A stretch of DNA of 51,360 nucleotides, counting the filler, from Basidiobolus ranarum (Eukaryota): NCBI GenBank assembly GCA_040143965.1. It is 2 parts of 2 records of this genome, joined end to end, with 100 filler letters (N's around TTAATTAATTAA, not from the genome) between each part and the next. Parts side by side here need not be neighbours in the genome. Positions count along the whole stretch, not along the records: positions 1 to 25,684 come from JASJQH010000140.1; 1 more part is not named here. One strand, written 5' to 3'. The translations under genes and the position numbers were made by a program. Shown in pieces: positions 1 to 12,115 of this stretch. The first letter of the stretch is position 1. Each line of letters starts with the position of its first letter. The notes below the pieces were generated by a model, which saw only the letters and a program-made list of their open reading frames with translations, did no database searches and was not told where the DNA came from.

Positions 1-273
1 GTCCCCGATAGTTTCAAAGGCAGCCATTCTTGTAGCAGCAGTATTAAATATCCATTAAAGTAAAACTGTCCCTAACCCTAATTTTTTTGGTGTCCAGAAT
101 AAAACAATAATGTATGGTCAAAGTCTTCCCAAAGTAAAATTTCCCTATTTTGTAATGTGTACCGAACATGGGCTTAATGACCTCCTGCTGTAGTTTGTTA
201 GGAACGTAGCCAGATTTCAAACACTTGATTCATCCTTGATCACTAAATGAAGACTCCACCAGTTGATGCCTTG

Positions 274-316
274 CATTCCTCACTCCCCACATTTCTCACT
301 CCCCACATTCCTCACT
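274..316. repeat. Short tandem repeat, 16-bp unit CATTCCTCACTCCCCA, about 2.7 copies
   Basis: cattcctcactcccca / catttctcactcccca / cattcctcact read directly. Confidence 0.8.
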
Positions 317-2034
317 TTTTGGAGTCGGATGAGTTTAAATTGTTGATCATTTTCCATTTAGTAATAATGCATGCATGAACCTTTATTAGAGCCTAGATCT
401 ATGCTTTTCCCAAACCAATATCAAGTAATTTCCACCAAACCGTGTCAATGCTGATTTGTTATGTATGCATAACAGCAATTACCGGAACTACCACTCAAGC
501 TCTCTTAACTTTGAAGAAAGATTTATTTGTAGCCATTATTTACACATTCGTAACAAGCTGTGCTAAGGATATGCAAACAACATTAGGATTTCATACTTGT
601 CCCGTTGTGATCAGTTTTTAGCATTGGTATCACAACCACAGCCTCATCAAATAGTATCAAGAGCGTGATACTGACTCTGGATTCAGCTCTGCCTAGATCC
701 TGTATCTGAGGGTTGATGTGAGAACTGCAGCCGTCAGACATTAACTTGGTCTACTTTCAAATTCCGCTGATCTTTGTTCCCCAACTTTTCGGGCACAGTT
801 GTCTATAACTAGTTATTTTGATTCAGCATTCAGTCAGGGTGTTCACATGTTAGCCATTTTGTCAGTTGTCTGATCAGAGCTGATGATAATAATACTGGCA
901 AATCTTAATTAAGATAGCAGCTCTTTCCACTTTGAATACTCTCTAAACCTTCTCCTCTTCATATCATAACCACATCACATCCAGCACAAATGAGGTTCAT
1001 TGCTTAGCTAGTTCATTGGTCAAGAATAATAATCATGGCATATTACTTTATTATCAGCATACCAGTGTGTAACACGTATGCTTAACTACACAATGATGCT
1101 CTAGGTGCATCACCCGAGATTCAACTCCAAGCTCCATTATAGTAGTAATGAGTAGATGGTATGAACTCTAATAGTAATAATGATTGGGCGGCAAGTGTTT
1201 CTGGCTGAGCCGTATGAAGGAATTCGTATTCCTCTAGAATAGTTACGCAGAAATAGCCACTCGTTAAGAATAAATACAAGGTAGGTAAGATTGCAGTTAC
1301 TCTTTGAATATTGTACTAGAAAGTAATAATACGGATAAGTACTTGCATATTGTTAGGTCTAGAAAATACTTCACCAGCTGAATATTCCAAACAAAGTGTC
1401 TAGACTGTGGTCAAATACATCATGCACATATATTTCTAAATTATACGAGTATTAATTACCCTGAAAATCAATATGAAAAATGGGCCCTCTTTTCATAAAC
1501 GGAATAGTGTCTCTTGGATGTCATGTAGTATATGTTTTTTGTACCATCGCTAAATGGAAACTATTTATTGAGCAGTAACGTTGGACTTTGAATATATCGT
1601 AAATTAATTAATTCCTAATAAACTTGCCCGTACCTAGAAAATATTTATTAATCAGTACGTTTTGGAATACATCGTACATTAGCTTGTTCTCCATAAACCA
1701 ACCCGTACCAGTCATTTGGTTTAGGAAATAAGTACAACCAGCACATTCTCACCCTTAGTATTGCCAGTCTGCAAGCCCGGGCACCATAATACTATTATCA
1801 GTACATCTCAATGCTGAATTTCTGTTAACAAGTAAGAGTCTAAGTATTGCCTAGAAATGAGATACACCATGAGTTACACCACAGAACAAGGTTACGTCTA
1901 AGAATACAATTAGATTTTCACTTCAAAGATATAAAAGTTACAAACTCCACTATTATTCAACATATCCTCTGGCTTCTGGTTATCTCTGCCTTCACCAAGT
2001 CCTCAAAAGAATTTTTCAAACTAAACCGTCCGAG

Positions 2035-3282
2035 ATGCAGAAAATGAACTCTGGAGATCTTTACATGAGTGTAAAAATCACTCGTGCTGACGGCACCAAA
2101 CCTCATGTTCTCATCATTGGAGGTGGCGTCTCTGGTCTTACTACTGCCTGGGCTTTACGCAACTCGGGATGTAAGGTTACTGTACTAGCTAAACAATACG
2201 CGCGACATGGAGCCCATGGCGAAGAGATAGTCTCTGAGATTGCTGGTGCATTATGGGAATGGCCTCCAGCCGTTTGTGGTTCCCATGGCAAAGATACCGA
2301 GGAACAGTTAAACAACTTACAACGTTGGTGCCAAATCTCCTACCTTCAATTTAAGGATATTGCTGAGAAGTTTGGTGCGGATAAGACTGGTATTCGTAAG
2401 CGCATGTCATGTTTTCTCTTTGATCGTAAACTTAACACTGAAGGTCTAAAAAAGAAAAGTGAGATTGAAATTGTATGTGATGGATTCAATGACAATCTCC
2501 AAGATTTAATCAAGAGATACAATATCAATACCAATCTGGAGAAGAATGGTTACAACATTGTTGATGGTTATGAGCATCTGTCATATGTGGTTGATCCTGG
2601 AAATTATCTTCATTGGTTAAGAAGATTAGTTGAAGAAAAAGGTGTCACCCTTCTCCAGGGCATCGTTGAAGATACTCTTCATGAGGAAGCGCCTGATCTG
2701 TTAAAGCGCTTCAAGGCTGATATCATCGTCAACTGCACAGGGATGGCCTCCAGAGAGCTATGTGGCGATGAGAAGATGAAGCCTCTCCGCGGAATTCTTA
2801 TACACGCAAAGAACGATGGAAAGAACTTTAAAAAGGTTGAAGGATGCATCTCAATCTCTCAACGCGATGCTGATGCCAATGCTACTGACGATGAGAAAAG
2901 GAAGGCTGAGGAAGGAAGATTTGAGTTTATCGTACCAAGAAACGATGACATTCTTATTCTTGGAGGTTATGCCCAGATGGGTCAAGAAGCACTTGAGTGG
3001 AATGAAAAAGAGCATCAGTATCTGGAAAAAATGAAGGTTGGATGTGTAAATCTATACCCAGACTTAGCCAAGGCCGAATTTGCTGATTATTATTACCGGG
3101 TCGGAATTCGACCATTCCGTGATGAGCCTCGCGTAGGTCAAGATGATAAGAATCCTAAGATCTTTCATAACTACGGTCATGGAGGCTCTGGTTATACCCT
3201 TTCGTACGGATGCGCATTAGACATCCGCAAAGATGTAAAAGAATACTTTGAGAATGAATGCAGGCCTCGCAGTAACTTGTAA
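2035..3282 (+). CDS. FAD-dependent D-amino-acid oxidase family protein, intronless, PTS1-like C-terminus
   Basis: Rossmann motif VLIIGGGVSGLTTA; IVNCTGMAS; GIRPFR; C-terminal DAO signature HNYGHGGSGYTLSYGCA; ends -RSNL. The true start may be a later Met (2044 or 2065). Confidence 0.9.
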   Translation: MQKMNSGDLYMSVKITRADGTKPHVLIIGGGVSGLTTAWALRNSGCKVTVLAKQYARHGAHGEEIVSEIAGALWEWPPAVCGSHGKDTEEQLNNLQRWCQISYLQFKDIAEKFGADKTGIRKRMSCFLFDRKLNTEGLKKKSEIEIVCDGFNDNLQDLIKRYNINTNLEKNGYNIVDGYEHLSYVVDPGNYLHWLRRLVEEKGVTLLQGIVEDTLHEEAPDLLKRFKADIIVNCTGMASRELCGDEKMKPLRGILIHAKNDGKNFKKVEGCISISQRDADANATDDEKRKAEEGRFEFIVPRNDDILILGGYAQMGQEALEWNEKEHQYLEKMKVGCVNLYPDLAKAEFADYYYRVGIRPFRDEPRVGQDDKNPKIFHNYGHGGSGYTLSYGCALDIRKDVKEYFENECRPRSNL

Positions 3283-4263
3283 TTGATAAAATAGGTGGCC
3301 ATATATGTTTTATCGGGTCAAGATCAGCGCCTACGATTTCGAAGACCGACGCTCTATCTTATTCATCAATAGCTTAGATAATGCAAGGTGGCTCAGCAAA
3401 TTTTGAAATTCTTTTAACCAATACACAATAATAATATATGCTATACTATTCAATATACAACTTCATTGCACAATATTTAACACCATTCATTGATATTTAT
3501 CCCAATCAGGAAACAAGTATTGCTATTGGGTGCAACTAACGGACATATTGGGTTAGTGGTGATCTATATTTCATGATCCGAGTGCAATGGTCGATAACTA
3601 ATGGGGTCATAAGGAACAGTTATGTTTATTTTTGATTGGTATAAAATTGGTAAGTGAGCGTTGACAAGCAACGTGGCTCAGCTGCCAAATTAGAGTGAAG
3701 AACGATGGATCTAGATTACTTTAATCTGACAATCGCGATGAGTGGCAGGTGGGTGAGGGGCGAAATATAGTCACATGTATGCAATTGACTTCCCAGAATA
3801 AAAGTTTTTGAAAATTGATTGAAAGCTACAGACAATATCAGAGGTTGCTACAAGATTAAATACAACTCAAGGTCCCATTAGGTCGATCCACAATGCTTAC
3901 ATAATGAGGCTGATCCAATAATTGATTCTCAATGTCACAAGTAGAAGAACTAGCGTTAAAGCACATAGAGCTTTATCGAACTCATTTATCATAAATATGT
4001 GTATATAAGCGGGCACTGGGATTTTAGTAGAAATGATGCGTATAAGGTTACAAGAGCTTACTACAAAATCATTGTCTCAGTTCCAGGAGATATTGAGACA
4101 AGCGATATTTTATTATTAACAATTGACCCGTCAAAAATCTCAATGCTACAAATTGGATGGTCAAAACAAGAATCCTCAGTAGGAAGGCAGACAATGGTTA
4201 AATCAACATTTAGTTCAGTCAAGACACATCCATTGCTTTTCGTCATCGGATTATTCGATTTAT

Positions 4264-4336
4264 CGCCACGTTGGGGGATTTGAACCCCCTGCCCTTCGGT
4301 ATATTAAGGGCATCCTAACAATTAAGTTAACATGGT
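4264..4336 (-). pseudogene. Degenerate tRNA-like element (73 nt), isotype not assignable
   Basis: Minus strand ACCATGT...ACGTGGC acceptor-like stem, GGGGG-TTCAAAT-CCCCC T-arm/B-box, CCCTT/AAGGG stem; D-arm and anticodon loop degraded. Confidence 0.45.
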
Positions 4337-4388
4337 TTACATTAATTATTGCACTGGATTCTTAACGTGATTGCACAATCTTGAGCCA

Positions 4389-4580
4389 TCACCACACTCT
4401 AGCCCCTCCTCCGTTACCATCGGAACCACCACCATTTCCTCCCGCTCCACTGCCGGTATCGTAAGCCCCAGTTCCTCCTCCATTACTACTTGAGCCCCCT
4501 CCTTTACCTCCTGACCCGTTTCCTGGGCCATATACTCCACTATTTCCATCTCCACCGCCTGGAGAGAGATTACTATCTCC
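4389..4580 (-). pseudogene. Glycine-rich coding-like fragment without a start codon
   Basis: Frame reads GDSNLSPGGGDGNSGVYGPGNGSGGKGGGSSSNGGGTGAYDTGSGAGGNGGGSDGNGGGARVW*; preceded by in-frame TAA; locally GC-rich with GGN periodicity. Confidence 0.35.
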
Positions 4581-5636
4581 TTACTTCCCAAGGTCTTTTT
4601 TTACCTTTTAATACTAAATCTACCTATCTTTTTTTACCTATATAAAAACTTTCCATAAAAACTACCAACTAGGCTAACTTTTCCCAGATTTTACCCTTCA
4701 ACTAACACGTTTGTTTTAATATATATGTTTTAAAGCCTAGCTTTAATTTTTGGTATTCTTAGGTACCTGGTACCCCTTCTGCTCTTATACCCTTAATTTT
4801 CACAGCTATTTTTCACACAACAAGCCGTAAACACCCGTTGATAGGGTACTGCACGGTAACAACCAGGTGGACCATTGCACCTCCTACAGATTGTACTCTC
4901 CTAAGTTTCGTAGTGACAGTAATCGGGAATCTTGCCGAGTGATAGGTTTTGGTAGGAGAAATTACTGTGATAGTAGTAAATATAGAGATTAATTTGATTT
5001 GATATCGAACGGTTCTTAGATTTAGCTTTCAGGACAGTAATTCATATGTGCATAATCTCTAGCCCCAGAGTTCAGTTTCTTTTTCTCACTCTTGGAGCAA
5101 GTATAAAAGCCTGACATTAAGCCCGCTAAGTTGAGCGACCAAGAGTATTTAACCGAACCTATATCATAGGGGGTTCTTCGGTTCTAACTTCCCAGGGGCT
5201 CCTTCCTGGTTCCAAAAAAATTGGATGTAGCACCATGTACTCCACTAAATCAACAGAATACTTCAATATAAGATTTCAACATTATTTTAGAATGTTGTGT
5301 TAAGAGAACTGATCAGAAACAGTGTTGAAAGTTGAGTATGTCTGGTTAACTCTGGTGGAGAAAGAGTTAGCTAATTCTGTCAGTATTACATAACTAGGGT
5401 AAAGAGAGAAAACTGGAATTTCATGACATCAATTAGATCGTAAGCTAAGAAGTGATAGCGCTGATATATATTGGATTGGCCAGCTGAGTTGGCATTGTTC
5501 GTACTCTTCATAGCAAAATGAATTAATCCACATTAGATGATTGGATTATAAACTTTTAGCTAGATAAGCTAGGATAGTATAGAAATACAGAAACTGATGA
5601 GCTGTATACCAAACAAGGTTTTAAATATGAAAGGAT

Positions 5637-5967
5637 TGTTGAAGTATTTTGGGAGTTTGTTGGAGGTGGTTTGGAGAACCAGAAGAATTGGTGGCATTCA
5701 CTTATTGATTTATTGAGTAGAAAGTTGACATTTATAGTTTTGTCAAGAGGTAAACAAACAAACAAACGAGAATGTGTTAAAGAAGATCCCAGGAACATGT
5801 GTGCAAATTTTGTGGCTTCTAGGACAAGTTTGAGAAATCTGTATATCGTCAAACCTTTAAGTAAATTACAATTGAGAATAGTGGGTGATATCTTAGTGAA
5901 ATATAGAATAACTAAATACTTAGCTATATATGACTAGATAGATGTCTAACCTATGCTAATTTCAGCA
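5637..5967 (-). mobile_element. Solo LTR of an LTR retrotransposon (Ty1/copia-like termini), 331 bp
   Basis: Begins TGTTGAA and ends TTCAGCA (imperfect inverted termini); flanked by 5-bp direct repeat AGGAT (5632-5636 and 5968-5972); second copy at 25549; TATAAA then AATAAA on the minus strand suggest the orientation. Confidence 0.75.
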
Positions 5968-7576
5968 AGGATAACGCATAACTAGTAAAGATTGAAAGTT
6001 GGATATTTCACTCAGCGGTTAGTTTGTTTTGGGTAATGATACTATAACGGATGAGATCACCAAGAACTAGATTTAAGGAATCTTTAAGCTACATATATAT
6101 ACTCGAAGATATTATTGCAGCATTTATTAAGCTGAAGGCAAAAATGATTGCTACTATCTCAAAGATGAGCTAACTATATATGTAGGTAAGATTAGTCAAT
6201 CAGCTACTTAATTTAATGAATTTTAGGGTTGTAATAAACATTGCTAATCTTGACCATTTTTTAAGTTGTTAACCATATGTCAAATTCAATATGCAATATT
6301 TGATGAAATGAAAATATTTGAAGTGAGCATAGAAACTAAGTTGCAACCAGTCAAGAAGTAGTCTTACTAGACACGCATATCAATTAATGAAGGTGAGTAA
6401 AAGCATGAGCATGAAGGAAGTATACCAGAGAGAGCTACAATGTGCCTATAATGCTCAATTCAATGAGCCGTATAAGCTGAGAAGTTTGCTCTCAATGAGT
6501 GATGCTATATCAGAAATGTTGTATGATGCTAAGGTATTTGACACGAGTTTAAGTTTTATATGCCATGGTTATTCTATCATCACTCCAACTACACAATCTT
6601 AAAATGCAATATTGCTTCATGAATATCTCAAGGTTGGAAGAAGTCAGATTGTTATGTATGGGAAGAAGTATAAACAGGTTCCTCAACGCTTCGCATACTT
6701 CATTTGCTGCTAAATTATGACAAAAGTGATTTTCAGATGAAAGTAAGAGAGTAAATATTTATTATAGCATCACTTGCTAAGAGAGAGATGGCTGCAATAG
6801 TCAATTTGAAAGACATGAACTGCAGAATAGCCATAATGATATGTTTGAAGCTGAGGAGTATGCTAAATGGACCAAACAAAACGCATCTCATCCGCTGTAT
6901 GGCTAGAACGACGTATCAGGAACAAGATACTGGATGAAGATGTTGATGTTGATGAGGCTAGTAGCATATGTAATGACCAAATAGATGCTATAAATTCCCT
7001 TTTTCTCACTGAATTCTAAAGCCGTATGGTTAGACACTAAGGTGATGTAATACTACGTGAATCTACCTAGTTTGGAGATAATGTGTGACTTGATGAGAAG
7101 CTTTCAGAACACAGATTTTGGATTAACTTTTGTGATAATAAAACAAACATCTACAACATGTTACTATGGAACGGAACACAATCGCTGACAATAGATTAGA
7201 ATTACTCATAGAACACAACACAGCATTAGATCAACTGGTTGCAACACTTTCCCGAGTACATGGATAGGATGGTGAAACAGATAAGATATTGATAGAAAAT
7301 CCTCGCATTTCACCGCTTCCTGTACTAGGCAACATTTAGTTGGTTTCTGTATGACCAGTATGAGCATCAAAAATCCCACCTCCCATCAATTTATCATGCA
7401 ACACATCAGTACAAGCTATGCCCTTAACGCGTAAGTTATCCCGAGCCACTAAAGTAGCCGTAGTGTCTCTTTATTAAAAGTTGAGTATCATATCTCCTGT
7501 TTTCTGGAAAATGGTGGGATACATCAAGGGAAACTACTACAAATCACTGTTACAGTTACATTCATATCGAAATTAG

Positions 7577-8542
7577 TTAAATACGGTTCCAGAATGCGAA
7601 GGCTGAAATCAAAAGTGCCATAGCTGAACCAGATTCTACTACAGTAGATGAATTTGTCTTGGCTTTTGTCTGAACATCAGGTACAACAGAGCCAGAGGGT
7701 ACAATTTCTTGATTTGTAGAAGAGACGGATGGAGGAGTGGTCACATTTACGGATGGTGGGTTGCTTCGATTCTTGTACATGGGGAAACGATTACCAAGAC
7801 AATCATTCACTGTGACGAAATGGTAGCCCTTAGCCTTTATTCCATCAATGATTTCTGGTGTTCTTTCAACGCTAAAATTAAGAATCTCATGTTGAAGGGA
7901 AACGAAGTTGTCCACTTTAGGATTACCATTGGTAGCAGCGTTCAGTAGATTAGCCTTAAGCGTATCAAATTGGCTGGGTTGTTCCAAGAAGGACCAATCG
8001 CGAGAGTCAATGTTCCATTGGATAACCAGATATCCTAGTTCCTTCATTACTAATCTGCATTGTTCACTACAATCTCCGTAGGGAGGACGCATCATGGCGG
8101 GAACTACTCCTGAGGCCTCTTCAATAGCTTTCTCCGTTTTGAACATCTCCACTTTGATCATCTCGGGGGAGATTTTATTTAAAGAAGGATGGGAGTAAGT
8201 ATGAGAACCAATTTGATGGCCTTCATCGAGGATTTGCTTGAGATGCTTGTTAAACGCTGGTTCTGCTACTTGCTTACCAATAAGGAAGAAAGTGGATTTT
8301 ATTTCCTTTTCCCGGAGAATCTGTAGCAGCGAAGTAGTATAGAGACCAGGCCCTTATTTTGATATAAGCTTGAGAGTGAAAGAAAACAGAGGAAATGTAC
8401 GCTACTTACCGTCATCAAAGGTCAAAGCGAAAGCACCAGGCTGATCACATTTGAAGATGAATCCTTCACCAGCATCCTGAGAATTAACTGAAAATATCAA
8501 GGCTTGAAGAGCAACCCAACCGATGATAACTAGGGAACGCAT
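7577..8542 (-). CDS. Chitin deacetylase / CE4 polysaccharide deacetylase, secreted, probably GPI-anchored (2 exons: 8542-8410, 8352-7577)
   Basis: Signal peptide MRSLVIIGWVALQALIFSVNS; TFDDGP across intron 8353-8409; HTYSH; RPPYG; DSRDW; LQH; Ser/Thr/Pro-rich tail and hydrophobic C-terminus. Confidence 0.92.
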
Positions 8543-9428
8543 TTGCAAATGCTTGAGGAAATTTTAAGCGCTGAGTGTTTCTCTTACTCATTTCAATGGT
8601 GATATATATATCGCATTAGACTGCTTAAAAAAGCCTGGTGCATCTTCAAAAGGTCCATATATTTCACTGGAACACAGTACTCCGATGTACAGGTTATTAT
8701 TTTCTGCAGTTCTGTAGAAATCTGAGCAACCGCCTACCTTACTCAGATTTTCTCTGGATGTACACCTTGTTTGGAGAGGATGACATAGTTCAAGTGGTAC
8801 TTTAGTTGATGGAGGTAGTATATGACTGTTTGAGTGGTGATTAGGTAAAAAATAAGTGACACTATGGTAGAACAAATTGATACAGAAATTAAGAATGAGA
8901 TGAGAATTGTTGTATCAGCTGCTGATGCCTCAACATAATCACTCAAGGTACACCATTGTAAGCGTGAATATTTACTCTAAATATGAACATTATCGACACT
9001 TGGTAACCTATTGAAGTAGTGCGAACTCGTTTTAGTGAATATGTGAGGAAGTGGTATGATTGTGTATTCTTCTCAAAGATTTGTTTGCTGACAGTATATA
9101 CTTCTGGTTTGTTGTCAGTATGTCACTTGTAATCCTATTTTCCTAAAACCAACACTCGTAGATAAATAACCAATTGGTTCTTTTCATTAATAGTTGTGAC
9201 ATTGTATTATTATTAGGGTAATTCTGACTTTCGACAATATTACGACCACCTAAAGCTACTTTCATCCATATATTGTTTAAATATATAAACCAACTTCCGT
9301 GCAAAATAATACCATTAACTGAGATTAAAATGAACACCATCATATACCGTTGTAGTCTATTTGTCACCAGCATCTAACTCGAAAGCTATTTAGGGACTTG
9401 AATTTGATCTAATCATTGGTGCTGGATT

Positions 9429-9523
9429 TACAGTGATCAAGGATTCGAACCTTGCACCCATCTGATGGGGTCCGACATCTAATCCAGGATGTTAATCACT
9501 TGTTCATTTGAAATACTTACTGT
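9429..9523 (-). pseudogene. Degenerate class II (Ser/Leu-like) tRNA-like element
   Basis: Minus strand: perfect T-arm CAAGG-TTCGAAT-CCTTG, variable-arm hairpin CCCAT-CAG-ATGGG, acceptor-like ACAGTAA/TCACTGT; D-arm region degraded and too long. Confidence 0.35.
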
Positions 9524-12115
9524 TTTGTTTCAACGAGTGATCTATCAATCGCAACCATAACTGAACTACTCCCCTTGATTACTAGCTATGAAACAGCTAG
9601 GATACGATAATCAAATCCCAAAAGCACTCTATGCACAGAAGTGATAATTTATGAAAATCCAAGTCGTAAAAATAGGTTGGTATTTTGCATAATTTCTTCC
9701 TCTTGATTACAACACAAATTACTGCAGTTTCCTGGGTAAGTTAACTTGAGGCAATGTGATGGTAGAATCCACACAACTAGATACATTCTTGATAGATGAA
9801 ATATATTAATAGATACAGACAGGCATGGATGTGATCAATGCATATCACCCTTAAAGTAATCTACATAGACATTTATTATGCAGCTTCCTCTTTAAGGATA
9901 TTCTCGTTAGGGAAAAATGATACTAACCCTGTTATCAGTAGATTTTCATAATATACTTGGATTCATAGTGGAATGAGTTCGTCATATTACCACAAAGTAT
10001 CATTTATCATGGGAACTCTTTACCTATATTACTGAAACAGTACTCAGTAAGTGGTACAATCGGCACCTGGTTCATTAAAAGTCCCAGTAGTAAGGGAGAA
10101 TGTGTCGATTATATCAGCTGTGATAGGAGAAGTGAGGTGAAGTTGAATGTTTGGCATGCCATCAACCGAGTATGATTCATGTCGATTTTCAGCGGTCTTT
10201 ACTGAATCTTGATGGCTCAATCTATAATGTTGAAATGTGAAGGGTTAATCCTTAAATTTATCTCTAGTACAGCCACTATATACATACAATTGCTAAAAGG
10301 TGAATTCAGAAACAGATGTGCATGAAATTGTGATATTGATAACTTCACACTTTTCTATAAACTTAAGACCTAAGTCGGAATGGAGAACTGTGGAGATCAC
10401 TTACCAATGTAATGACTTGCGTGACAGCTGTTTTCTGGCTTGCCTTCAATATTGGTTAAAATTAATATGCCACCTGACAGTCATGTACATATTGCTTAAG
10501 TAAACCTCGCACTCGATCTTTCTTGATTACCGGAATGTTACTATTATATCTGAATTGTATCAGATACTCAGGCAAGGTGAACATTCTCATCATAATAGTT
10601 TTATCCGAAAATGATGCATTCTAAAATAGAGTTACTACCATATTTTACTGCTATTACGTGGAATCCAATATAATGTTCTGACACCAAACAAGCCATCTTC
10701 AATTCTTAGAGCGATCACAAGACCTGACGGATGCAGTACAAACAAGAACATATCTACACTCCCTAGAAAGAAAGAACTTGGTATACATATTTTCCCCTTT
10801 CCCCTACTAAAAGAAACGGTCATACGATTAGTATTATACCTTTCCATATCTCGAGTTCGAATCTGTATGGAAGCAATTACACGCTAATTGTGACGCTTTT
10901 ATTGCTCTTCCTATGGAACAGGTAGGATAGGGTTAGGTATATAGACTATATTTGTCACTTCTACCGTTGAAATTGAGACTAATTTACAGTAGCATTCTAA
11001 TGGCGTAGCCTAAAAGAGAAGTGTCAAAAGCGGAATCTGAGATCATATATATCTGGGGGCACCAATGACCGGATTATTGCTAGTTATGTTATTGTTGGCG
11101 GTATAAACACAATTATAATGTGGTAATTCAGTACATAAAATGTGAGAACAACTCGGGCTAAGTAGTTCTTTTCTGGGAAAGAAAACATTTGTTAATTATT
11201 ACTCAAACAATATCAATAAGAATTTGAAAAGAAATAACCATAGCACCAATTCGCATCTGACTTTGAAGTATTTGGAGAAGCTAATCTATTTCTACGGACC
11301 GCATATTCCACATATTGTCCTTATTAAGTGCACTACAGTCCAATCGCCTGACCCATACAGCTGAAACAAGACCGTATTGTATTGTTGGCGGTTAGAAGCA
11401 TGAAAGAGTTAGGATAACAAGCCTGATTCGCTATAATATGCTATGCCAATTCAGCACCCATTAACCCTAACCCTTCACCTGAGAAAGAGCCCACTTGGAA
11501 CGCCATTTGAAGCACCTGAATGTCAAACTTTCCTGATTCCCATAAGCTCTACGGCTCCGTGGCTCTGTAGCTCTGTGGAACAAATGGCCATTTATCTAAC
11601 TAAAATCAAGCGTTCAATCATTAACGTGGCTTTCTATCTAGCCAATGGCTCACGAATGATCCTAACCCCAGTTTGACAAAGTTCATGTTGAATAGAGTTT
11701 CCTTGGGCCAATACTTGGTTATATCCGAAAAGAGAACTCCTATCCTGGGAATATTACTTTACTTGTATATCCTCTGTGACCAGCGCAGCAGCCAATCCCC
11801 AGCCAGAAAGGAAATGATGTAGGATGGCGTAATGCAGTTGTGTCGTACGGATAGGAGGGTTATTTGGGTGATTTGAATGTTATTTGAGTTGGTCGTCTAT
11901 TAATATTGCATTTGGTCACATCGGTTTGTTGGTTTATGCGATAGGTGTTCATCTATCACATACCAATATGAAACCTGGCGAATCAAGGGCCATAGCAGTA
12001 GAAACTCAATACCCCGTTCTATGGGTCAAATGACCTGCGGGTTCTCTTATAAAGACGGTTTTGACGTTTCCTTCTTTGAAACTTAAACTACTACCTCCGC
12101 ACACTTATATTAGAC

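Noticed and set aside
70-81. CCCTAACCCTAA telomere-like repeat
   Set aside because: Only two units; expected by chance
4346-4591. 81-aa Glu/Val/Met-rich ORF
   Set aside because: Frame-shifted reading of the Gly-rich GGN tract
5556-5937. Overlapping ORFs of 98 and 88 aa
   Set aside because: They lie across the solo LTR, have non-ATG starts and show no protein motif
6200-7020. Fragmentary coding-like sequence including ORF 6387-6602
   Set aside because: May be a decayed gene or element, but I could not recognise a family
9230-9300. Minus-strand peptide YMDESSF resembling a Tc1/mariner first-Asp motif
   Set aside because: Too short, followed by a stop, with no other DDE motifs or TIRs
11090-11392. 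13-bp direct repeat TATTGTTGGCGGT at 11090 and 11380
   Set aside because: Only two short copies with no further structure; not distinguishable from chance
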